The notes beneath the pieces were generated by a model. That model did no database searches. It was not told the DNA's origin and was given only the letters and a program-made list of their open reading frames with translations. 64,000 nt of DNA from the human T2T-CHM13v2.0 reference genome, Homo sapiens, in the NCBI RefSeq assembly GCF_009914755.1, contig NC_060941.1. One strand, given 5' to 3'. Within the stretch, counting starts at the first letter, position 1; every line of letters begins with the position of its first letter. Below are positions 48,500 to 64,000 of this stretch, piece by piece. A program made the translations under genes and the position numbers.

Positions 48500-49220
48500 G
48501 TATGTTTTGCCCAAGCTTCTTGGTTGCAAACAAAACAATTTGTCCTGTCTGGTCTAAGCAGAAAAGGTATTTTTGAGAAGATATGAAGTTGCTTACAGAG
48601 TCATTGGGAGGGCAAGGGAGAGAGATTCTAGATGATTCTCAAACTTTAGCCTGCATCTAAAAGGGCTTGTTAAGCATGTTACCGGGCCCCATCTCCAGAA
48701 TTTCTGATTCCGGGAAGCCTGGGATGGGGCCTGAGAACTTCTCACAAGTTTCCAGGTGATGGTGATGTTGTGGTCCCAGAGCTACACTTGGAGAATCACT
48801 CCTTTATGCTAAACTTTAAGGAATACCCAAAAGCTGCTCTAGAACTGACCTTACAGGAAACTTGCCTCTGGTGCTGCTGGCCTATAGAAATTCACTTTAA
48901 TGCTGTTGTCTCTGCTGCTTGGACTGATACCATTTCTGATTCAGGAGCTAGACCTATACCACTGGGACACGACTAAAAGTCTTACAGCAATGAGAATGGA
49001 ACCTCGTTTCTTTACACTGCTCTATTCTGAATTGAAGTTGCATTTGAGTGTGTTTGATTGGAGGAGGCTGGGTCACATGCCTGCATTCTGGTTTTAAGGG
49101 AGATTGGGGATTTGTATTTGACTTCTATTTTGGGAAGCTGAAACTCATAAAATGGAAATTTCTTTAAATGTAAGAAGACTATGCAAAGGATTGATAGACA
49201 GCCATGGATATGGCAGTTGT
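48500..49220. mobile_element. MLT1-type MaLR LTR with a MER5A inserted at ~48632-48802
   Basis: ttggttgcaaac...gattggaggaggctgggtcacatgcc motifs; MER5A ttctcaaacttt...tttccaggtgat...gagaatcact. Confidence 0.6.
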
Positions 49221-49979
49221 CAACTATAGCAGTACTACTGAAAGTAACCTGTCCACAAACTGTTTTTAATGGTCTTCTAGGGCACAAGGAACCTGAACCA
49301 GAATATAAATCCATGTACTGCTTTCTTCATTGAAAAATGTCAGTAGAACTAAGCAATGTGCTTAGTGTCTTAGTTTATTTTACGTTGTGGCACAAACTCC
49401 TTATCTCATTCTTAGACCAGTAACAGTCTGCATACCAAACTTAGAGTAATAAATCAATATCAACCTCCACCAAGATTTCAGGTGATATACCAAGGGTCTC
49501 TTAGGCCTAACCAATAACTTTGTTTAAAAAAAAAAAAAATCAACCACCTGCGCCATGGTTAAAACTGCACTAGCTTCAGGTTGTAAGAGGAGCCTTGGTT
49601 TAATAGCAGTTCAAGTGGGAAGGGTTTAAGGACAGTGTTGGATTACATTAATCTTATGGGATAACAATAACAGTATGGGGTTGTGGCAAAAAAGCTAGAG
49701 TAGATTTACCATACATTGTTAAGGGTATGGTCCTCTGAAGAAAGGAGATATTTCTATTAGACTCTATGCTGGTTTTGTGTTTAGATCAGACTGTCATATT
49801 TTATGTGGAACTTTGACTAAGTTTAGTTTGAAGGGTGAGCAACTTGGATAATGAAGCATTTAGAAATCATGATTAGGAGAAATCTGGAGAAGAAAACGGT
49901 GGGTGTGAAATTTCAGATACTAGAAAATCTGCTCTCATTCTGGAGAGCAGAACCAAAATCTCTAAGGGAGCAGATTTAG

Positions 49980-50207
<228 letters not shown>

Positions 50208-50315
50208 TAGCCAGGCTGGTCTCGAACTCCTGACCTCAGGCGATCCATCCCCCTCGGCCTCCCAAGATGCTGGGATTACAGTCATGAGCCACCACACCCG
50301 GCCAGCTTACCTTAG

Positions 50316-50600
<285 letters not shown>

Positions 50601-51029
50601 TAAGTGTAGTTTAAAAAATGATTTTATAGACTGTGAGTTTCTTAAGAGCAAAATTTAAAAAATGATTTTTTTTGTGTTGAAATATTTTAAGACCATTAAA
50701 TTATGAATACTTTTTTATGAGCAAATAGATTGAGGTAGAGCAATAAAATAATTCTTAAAACAAGAAAGATAAAGCATCTCATTGCCTTTTGATTTAAATC
50801 TCATCAGCATAATTCTTTTACTACTCTGAATGCCATTTTGGATATTCATTACAGTCTTTTTTTCTATATAATTTTTGTGTAGCTCATACTGTGCTATGTA
50901 TAATGTATTTACTTAATATAACTTTTTCTGGCTTGGTATTACTTCACTGAATGAATATGTAGGATGGGTAGGATATACCTACCATACTTAATAGTTTTAT
51001 TTTATTTTATTTTATTTTTTTTGAGATAG

Positions 51030-51236
<207 letters not shown>

Positions 51237-52181
51237 TGAAGAGATCCACTTGCCTTGGCCACTGAAAGTGCTAGGATTACAGGCATGAGCCACTGTGCCT
51301 GTCCAATAGTTTTATTTTAAAATCCAGTGAGAAACAAGATAAGACATATGAGTTTTAGGAACTGTTCAGATTCTTTGATCCCACTGGAGTTATTTTTTGT
51401 TGTAAATTGATTGAAATAGGTGTTTTCTTGGATTTTGAACATCATTAAACAAAAAGGTTTTGGTCGTAGTAAATTTCACATTGCTTATGTCTTTATCAAA
51501 TTTAGTGTAAAGATGCCAGGTGTGGTGGCTCACACCTATAATCCCAGCACTTTGGGAGGCCAAGGCGGGCAGATCACTTGAGGTCAGGAGTTTGAGACCA
51601 GCCTGGCCAACATGGTGAAACCCCATCTCTACTAAAAGTACAAAAATTAGCTGTGAGTGGTGGTGGGCACCTGTAATCTCAGCGACTTGGGAGGCTGAGG
51701 CAGGAGAATCACTTGAACCCCAGGAGGCAGAGGTTGCTGTGAGCCGAGATTGCACCATTGCACTCTAGCCTGGGCGACAAGAGCGAAATTCCATCTCAAA
51801 AAAAAAAAATAAATAAAAATTTATTATATTGTTTTACTTGTAAGAGGAACGTAGTAGTAGGACACAGCTTGAGTCTTAGAAATATTTTAAGTTATTGCGT
51901 GTTCTCTTGTTTATATCAAAATTATTATTAGGTCTTTACTCCATTTATTTATTGTATTCTTTTTTCGTTTTGTATTGCTGTTGCTATTTGAGACATTCTG
52001 AATTGAGTGACATAGTCATTTTTCCCTTTGGATGTCAAGCATTATAAGTAGCCATTGCATGGCTGGATGTGGTGGCTCACACCGGTAATCCTAGCACTTT
52101 GGACGGCTGAGGCGGGTGAGTCATCTGAGATCAGGAGTTCGAGACTAGCCTGGCTAATGTGGTAAAGCCCTGTCTCTACTA

Positions 52182-52343
<162 letters not shown>

Positions 52344-53812
52344 TCAAGGAAAAAAAAAAAAAGTAGGCAATGGATTAGATAATTTCTCCCTTTTTCTTAT
52401 TGCTCAAATGAAGGCAACAAATACGGGATGTGTGGAACTGTTGACAAAGGCTGGCATACTGATATTCTCAGCCTTCTAAATTTCAGAAGGTTTAATTTTG
52501 TTGAAGGCTGGCATTACAGTAATTAGTATTAGTTTGTTCATGATGCTATAAAGATACATGGTAATAGGGAAGGATATGAGCTGGAAGTCTCAGCATGGAA
52601 CTGAGTCAGAATCTTGAGGTTGGAAGTGACTTCTGGTCTTTTCTGGCTACATACAAAGTCATTTGATCACTACTTTTTTTCTTTATTCATTAAATAAATA
52701 CTACCAATTTAATAATGACAGCTAACACTTATCAAGTTTGTTCTATATGCCACACTAAGTACTTTTTACATGAACTATTAGCTAATGATAGTGACCTATT
52801 AGTTACCATGTTATAAAAAATAATACAGCATTTTGTGTGATGAGAGCTATTTTCTCCTTGATTTGTGGTTGGTTGCTAATGCATTAGGATATGCTTATTT
52901 GTAAACTTTCTCATATTGAGAGTGAATCGATTTGTCTCGATGTTGTAGTAAAGGCATTCTTGTAAAAAGCAGTTTTTTTTGTCTTTCTATATTGTAGAAT
53001 TGCAGTATGTTAGAAGTACTTGAGGTGGATGATCACTTCTTAAAAATAAAATAAGACAATTACTCGATATACTCTCAAAAGATCATGATTTCTAGAACTG
53101 AACACTGTCCTGAAGCCTGGAGAGAGCCAGGCTTTGTGGGTATAGAGTGGGTCTAAACTGTGGGTCAGAGCCATGAAGGGGTTGGGAGTAATGGAAACAT
53201 ACTTAATCTTGGCTGCATCTTTAACAGCTGCATTTTTGTTTTGTTGATTCATTTGCCTCATTTCCTAATTATAAATATATTAATGTTGAGGGGTATGGGT
53301 GTTTCGGTTATGTGTGCATTTTGGTAGAAGGTAGGGATAGGAGGGGATACATCTTATTAGAGAAAAATAAGAACAGAGGGATTTTGGTTTTTCTCTTTCC
53401 TTGATTCCCCAGAGCCCTTTGTTACCTCTGTACTAATCAGTAGCTACCAGTAATACTAAAGTGTTAAGTGGAAAAGTTGTTTAACTTATTAAACAATGTG
53501 GATTTAACAATAAAAATACCAGCAGAATTAGCACAGAGAACAGATTTCTTTCATGATTTCAAAGGGTAATATGAGATAATTGCACATTTTCCTTCCAGTG
53601 GATTTCTCATCCCTCTTTTTCTCAAAGTTATCAAACCTTCAGTTGACCAGAAGTCAGTGCTTTGACTTAGAGACCCTACATGTTAGTTCCTCAAAAATTA
53701 CCATTAGTGACATGGAACTCAAACCAGCAGTCATCCTCTTTCGGCAATGATTGCACTTACACTATTAAATCTATAGTGAGGCTAGTTTCAAGGTCTCATG
53801 GGAATGAACACA

Positions 53813-54729
<917 letters not shown>

Positions 54730-54871
54730 TGTTGGTTTTAGTTCATTGTCAAAGGAATACATATCTGCATAGAAGAGAACTTTGAGAAGCTTATGGAAGG
54801 CCAGGTGCGGTGGCTTATGCCTGTAATCCCAGCACTTTGGGAGGCCGAGGTGGGTGGATCATTTGAGGTCA

Positions 54872-55120
<249 letters not shown>

Positions 55121-55952
55121 TCATAGATAAATCATTGGTACATTTTTTCCAGTCTTTTTTTCTATACATTTTAAAATCAGCTCTCAATTAAATTGAGTGA
55201 TTGGGAGAGGGGATAGCCTTCAAAGATAATCTCAGATCTTGATTAAAATTCTAGGCAAATCATCATTATCTGGAGTGACTTGCAGTAGGAAACTTGGCCC
55301 TCTGCTGGCCTAAGTAGTTAGTGGTTGATTAGTACTAACCGATATCCCCTAAAGGGATTATGGTCATAGCTTTAAGGCTGGGATGCTGTTGGGGCAAAAG
55401 GGGAGATCAGGGGTTTGCACAGCTGGACCTCCTATCTTATGCTTCAATCAAAGGAACCCCTGGGTTTGGTCAGGGAAGGCAATCATTTAACCAGCTGTGT
55501 CCAAATTATAGAGTCCATAAAGTAAAAAGTCTGCTAATCTCCGCACACCATGATCAATGTTGAAAACATGGAAGAAAACCAGATTATCTCCCAGTAATTG
55601 AGAGTTTATATAGAATGTGCAGTTCTGTATCCTCTCTATGAATGGGTTTTTGATTATGATCTCAGTATAATGGTAATGGATCATTTTGAAGTTGGAAGAA
55701 TAGTTCAGTCTGGTATGGCTACACTAGTTAGGGAACCTATTAGATTTTGCTTGTGACACTTGAGAGAAATGGGAAATAGCAAGATTGGCAGTAGGTTCAT
55801 TTGTGGGATAAGTAGTTCAAATAATCCAATATTTAACAGTTCTAAAATTAAATTGCTATTCAGTTGCACAAAGGCACTTTAGAAGCTCTTTTTTTTGTGG
55901 GGAAGTTGGCCTTATGTGATTCTCTGTATATTTGTGGTTTCACTTTACATGA

Positions 55953-56319
<367 letters not shown>

Positions 56320-56456
56320 TAGCATATGGTGGATTTTTGGAAGAAGCTTGACTACTTGTTTCACGTATAGCAATGTACAGCTAGAATACTAATTTACTGT
56401 TTTATAAATTTATGAATAAAAGTTATTACTTGTTAACTAGTGTTTTTTTCCCCCAG

Positions 56457-56585
56457 TTTCTCTTCAGCAACGGGTAGCAGAATTGGAAAAAATTAATGCA
56501 GAATTTTTACGTGCACAACAGCAGCTTGAACAAGAATTTAATCAAAAGAGAGCAAAATTTAAGGAGTTATATTTGGCTAAAGAGG
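56457..56585 (+). CDS. RABEP1: RABEP1 coding exon 2 (129 nt, phase 1-1): VSLQQRVAELEKINAEFLRAQQQLEQEFNQKRAKFKELYLAKE, N-terminal coiled coil
   Basis: Acceptor tgtttttttcccccag| at 56456, donor GAGG|gtaagt at 56586; open frame continuing exon 1; heptad-rich peptide recognised as Rabaptin-5. Confidence 0.97.
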
Positions 56586-57115
56586 GTAAGTTCATAAGTC
56601 TCGCACCAACTTCAATGCGAAAACTGCCTTAAAGTGTTGAGTTTCTTGGTAGTAGTGTTAATTTTATCATTGAATAAACCTTGATTTTATTTGTACTTGC
56701 ATAATAAAAGAATACTGTTTAAAGGCTAGGTTAAGAATGGGATTGAAAAACAAGTTGAAAAATGCCTTCTTCAGATTTTGCCTTGTTTTTTGATCTTACT
56801 GTTCATATTTAGGTTGCATAGCCTTGAGATAAGAGAATGTTATTGCTCTTAACATTTGGGATACAGTTGTGGGCAAACTAGGATTGTTGGCATTCTAATA
56901 ACAGCTTTAGCTATGTTATCTTTAATTCCATGAAACATCAGTTTTACCCAACAAATATTCAGTTATTTATCAATAAATATTTATTTAATATCTACTATGA
57001 GGCAGACATTATACTTGTGTTGGGTATACAGAAAGAGGAAAATTCATGTGGTTCTTTAACTTGGTTGAACTCAATGAGCAAAACAGATGTTAAGTAATTG
57101 TGTGATGAGTCGTTA

Positions 57116-57495
<380 letters not shown>

Positions 57496-57564
57496 TCAGG
57501 GAAGGGGCTTACCTTCTGAGTATCGACCTAGAATAATGTGAATGTAGTTTCCACAGCTCTCTAG

Positions 57565-57900
57565 ACCAGTGATTCTCAAAGTGTGATTGTGGAACAGCAT
57601 CATTATCGTCATCATCACCTGGGAAAGTTGTTAGAAATGCAAATGTTTGGGTCCCACCCAGATTTACTGAGTTAGAAACTGTGGGATTTGGGTCCAGCTG
57701 CACACTAAATTTTGAAAACTGCTCTAGTCTATAATAGAATAGTGGCTCTCAAATTCAAATGTGGATAAAAATCACCTGGAGAGCTTGTTAAACCACAGTA
57801 TGTTTGGGTGGAGCCCAGAAATTTGCATTTCTAATAAGCTCATAGATGATTCCAGTTACTGCTAGTTCAAGTACTACAGTTTGAAAAATCCTGTTCTGGA
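57565..57900. mobile_element. Two adjacent MER5-type hAT MITEs (another fragment at ~58870-59045)
   Basis: cagtgattctcaaagtgtg...atcacctgggaaagttgttagaaatgcaaat and agtggctctcaaa...atcacctggagagcttgttaaa. Confidence 0.75.
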
Positions 57901-58556
57901 CTAGTGATCATGCACCTTTTTTAACTTATGAACTCTGTAAAATATATACTTACATACAACCTTCATACATGTTAAAGTTGATGTTTAAAATTTTTTGCTT
58001 GAAAAGATGTGAAGGATAAAATTTTATATTGTTGATATTTACAATTTAAATGAAAGCTTCGTGCTTTTTTTTTTTTTTTTTTTGAGATGGGAGTCTCCCC
58101 CGACATCTTCCCCTGTCACGCAGGCTGGAGTTCAGTGGCACTATCTCAGCTCACTACAACCTCCGCCTCCCATATTCAAGTGATTCTCCTGCCCTGCCCC
58201 AGCCTCCCGAGTAGCTGGGATTACAGGTGTGTGCCACCATGCCCGGCTAATTTTTGTATTTTTAGTAGAGACGGGGTTTCACCATGTTGGTCAGGCTGGT
58301 CTCAAACTCCTGACCTTGTGATCCGCCCGCTTCGGCCTCCCAAAGTGCTGGGTGAGCCACCACGCCTGGCCAACTTCCTGCTTTTAAACATATCCAGTGG
58401 AATGAAAATATCAGTGATTTATCCATTGTTATCTGTTTAACAAACACATGAATAGCTTTATAGCCGAAATTTTACAGTGGTTTTCCTCCTTGCGTTGGGT
58501 TTTCTTCTTTACATCTCCTTTAGAATTTTTTTCTTAAAAATGGTTTTGAAACTTGA

Positions 58557-58907
<351 letters not shown>

Positions 58908-61900
58908 TAAAACAAGGATTACTGGCTTCCCCCCTCAGAGACGCTGACTCACTAGGGCACTGGGATCCAGAGTTTGTGTTTTTAGCAAGTTACCAGTTGG
59001 CGGAGATGTTACTGTTCAGAGACCATACTTTAAAAACTACTGGCCTAAAGTAACATCTTGTGCTTGGAACTCTTAAAATATGCATATAAATGTTTTCTTT
59101 ACGGAGATATTATTAAAATTTATTATAAATACACAGTTGATCACATTATGGATATTTTACATATTACTATGAAAATAAGGCCAGGCACGGTGGCTGACAC
59201 CTGTAATCCCAGCATTTTGGGAGGCCGAGGCAGGCGGATCACAAGGTCATGAGTTCGAGACCAGCTGGGCCAACATGGTGAAACTCTGTCTCTACAAAAA
59301 AAATACAAAAATTAGAAGGCATGTTGGCATGGGTCTGTAATCCCAGCTACTCAGAAGGCTGAGGCAGGAGAATCGCTTGAACCTGGGAGGCGGAGGTTGC
59401 AGCAAGCTGAGATTGTGCCACTGCACTCCATCCAGCCTGGGTGACAGAGCGACTTCATCTCAAAAAAAAAAAAAAAAAAAAAACAGACTAAAAAATAGGA
59501 AAATATAAAAATCATTGGAAATGCAGCTCTTTTGAGATATATTGGTTCTCATTAAATCGTTAATCTCTGGATGCATATTATTTACTGCTAGAAAAAGATA
59601 GCTTGTCAGCATCAATTCTATTGTAGTTTTATTTTTTTAAACATATAAATGCCAAGAACCCTTGGTCTCATGAGTGAGTAAATAGAAACAGAGTTTTATT
59701 ACAGCAATTATTATTCAATTCTCTTAGCTGTTTCTAAATTATATGTTAAATTACATAGTTCTTTAGCATCAAAATGTTTTTATCCTATCAGCTAACAACT
59801 GAATTAGGTCTGTCTTCAATTTTGTTGAAAGAGGACTTGCGTCCACCTGACTTGCCAAAAGATTTGTTACACTGTTATTAGTCATTCACTTTTTAATTAT
59901 TGACACTAATTTTAGTTATCCCTCTGTGAGGCAGAGTCTCACTTTTTCGCCCAGGCTGGAGTGCAGTGGCACAACAATCTTGGCTCACTGCAACCTCTGC
60001 CCCACGGTTCAAGTGATTCTCCTGCCTTAGCCTCCCGAGTAGCAGGGATTACAGGTGTGTGCCACCACACCTGGCTAATTTTTTTGTATTTTTAGTAGAG
60101 ACAGGGTTTCACCCTGTTGGCCAGGCTGATCTTGAACTCCTAACCTCAAATGATCTGCCCGCCTCAGCCTCCCAAACTGCTGGGATTACAGGCATGAGCC
60201 ACCGTGCCTGGCCTCATAGAGGAGTTTTTAATACAACAGGACAATGAACCATAGTAAAATACTATATGATGGAAGGTTCTTAGGCCTTGTAGAATTTAGC
60301 CCTGGCTTGGAAAGGATTACTGACTGTGGTATGGAATGGAGTTCCATTTTTTCATGGCTTTCAGGAGGGCTGTTTTTTATTTTCTTTTATAGGCTGGTAA
60401 GTAGGTGGGAAAGCTGATGTTCATGTCTAGTCATGGTGGCACTCTGCAAGACACTGTGGAGGTTGGGATGAATGAGATATATGGTTTCTATTCCCAAGAA
60501 AGAATAGTCTACTGTGGTAGATAATACATTTTGCACAGTATCATCATTTCAAGATGTATTGTGTGTCACAAGAAATAGTCCTGTCTGGACTAGGCACGGT
60601 CGCACATGCCTGTAATCCTAGCAGTTTGAGAGGCTGAGGCGGGTGGATCACCTGAGGTCAGGAGTTAGAGTCCGGCCTGGCCAACATGGTGAAACCCTGT
60701 CTGTATTAAAAATACAAAAATTAGCTGGGCCTGGTGATGGTGTGTGCCTGTAGTCCCAGCTACTTGGGGAGCTCAGTTAGGAGAATTGCTTGAACCCAGG
60801 AGGCAGAAGTTGCAGTGAGCCAAGATCGCGCCACTGCACTCCAGCCTGGTCGACAGAGCGAGACTCTGTCTCAAGAGAAATAAGTTCTATCTGGTTATTC
60901 AGTATCTTTACATGAATTTATCGTCTCCCTTTTAAAATTTGTTCATGTTTTTGAATTAATCAAGCACCACTGTCAACTCTGAAATGCTATATTCTTGTCA
61001 AGATGACCTGTAATACATTTGATGTATATATAAAAGGTTGTGGTAGTATTTTCTCTGGTGATAAGTTGAAACCCAGCAGTATGATGCTGGCTAATGATAT
61101 CCATTTTCTCCTTTACCTCTTATACCAAAACCTCTGTAGCTTGTTCATCCTGTCTACAGCTAATTGAAGTCAGTCTTGTCTAAACCTTGTTTGTTTTGCT
61201 TTCTTTTTCTCTGTCCCCAATAAAACTGTTAGGGTTCCTTTGTTTTCTTATTTTCTTTGAAATTATAAAATAGAATTTTCCCAAAAACTCTGAAGAAATG
61301 AAAATGACTAAGAACCTCCCATTTCTGAAATGCATTATCAACTGCAGTTTTAGATCTGTGAATTAAAGAGCTTGTAACATGGGTTGGTTCAGAAAACATG
61401 CTTGGTTTGTTAAGATTGCATTGATGCATCTAAACCCGGTAAATGGGCTTTTTGTGTACTGTTGTATCTTTACTGTCCAGAGCGCTCAGTAAACTCAGTT
61501 GGCCACAGCGAACAGTTGGGGTAGCTTTTTACAAAATTTCAAAAAAAATACTGTGATCCTTTTTGAGTTTTTGGTGGCGTTCCTAAAGAAAATGCATAGT
61601 ATATAAAAGGTCAATGCTGATTATTAGTTTTTGTCTTGGCCGTTAGTCTATATCATAATAAAAATCAAATGTGAAGATTTCCCCTGAGACAGCAGCTTTT
61701 ATTGTATCTACTGTGAAGTCTAAATCTAGTCTTTAATGATTGCCACAGGTGTTTACAGTATAAACCAGGATTTTGATGTGGACAGCAGTCTTTGTTTTAT
61801 CTTTCAGGAAAACCAGGTCAAGGTAACCCTGAAAGTCCAAACATTGGTTTTTCCCCAATAGGTCCAGCTTTTGCTTTAGTGTTGTCATAGCTGTGTTTGC

Positions 61901-61944
61901 ACTTGTTTGGAGAATAGCTGAAATATAAGTGCAAATGGTAATGA

Positions 61945-62142
<198 letters not shown>

Positions 62143-62240
62143 TAAGTAGCTGGGACTACAGGCGGGTGCCACCACGCCCAGCTAGTTTTTGTATTTTTAG
62201 TAGAGTTGGGCTTTCACCACGTTTTCCAGGCTGGTCTTAG

Positions 62241-62593
<353 letters not shown>

Positions 62594-63039
62594 ATATTTC
62601 TGAAAGTTTTATTGCTTTTCTGTTGAAGTATTTTCTGATTCAGCTTTTCCTAAACTAACTTCAGAGCTTGGCATTACAGCAGTGTTTATGTTTTGTGCTT
62701 TGGAAATTTGTAGTGTTGGCAATGAGTAAGAGACGGTTACGTGAAACACAGAACAAAAGGCCATATAGTTTTCAATTTGACGAAAAATAGTAGGAATAGA
62801 GCTTATAGCTAATCACCAGAGGACACTGAAATTTTCTACTGGTGTTCAGAAGGTCTTTATACATGGTTGTAATTTATATAAAGCTGTTACGCTAACTAAT
62901 CAGAATTTCAATAGTGAAAAGCTAGATTTAGGAAGCTATCTGTGGTTCCAGTGCCATAAACTTGCACTTAGATAGGGAAATGAAAACAGAGTATATAAAA
63001 TTAACAAAACCCATTAGTAATACTGTAAACAAACGATTA

Positions 63040-63945
<906 letters not shown>

Positions 63946-64000
63946 GCCGGCTGCAGTGGCTCATGCCTGTAATCCTATCACTTTGGGAGGCTGAGGCAGG

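Overview
Primate (almost certainly human, chr17p13.2) genomic DNA containing the 5' end of RABEP1 (Rabaptin-5) on the + strand. A CpG-island promoter lies at ~29.6-30.6 kb, followed by coding exon 1 (30252-30285), a 26.2-kb intron 1 and exon 2 (56457-56585). Spliced, they read MAQPGPASQPDVSLQQRVAELEKINAEFLRAQQQLEQEFNQKRAKFKELYLAKE. The rest is very Alu-dense (roughly half the sequence by eye), with old L1/L2/MIR fragments, a full-length solo LTR8 and several DNA-transposon relics. Most entries in the ORF track are Alu artefacts. Points of interest: (1) a chain of exon-like units at 2.7-7.9 kb that splice into a nearly open frame (possible lost gene or spliced lncRNA); (2) a pure GC-rich 11-mer promoter minisatellite; (3) a 5' uORF whose ATG is in frame with a (GGC)6 poly-Gly tract; (4) a frame-preserving 15-nt microexon candidate in intron 2; (5) three separate locally templated insertions; (6) a probable L1 3' transduction; (7) a perfect inverted pair of HIF-type TACGTGGG sites ~6 kb upstream of the start codon. 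Repeat family names come from recalled consensus sequences and were not checked by a search.
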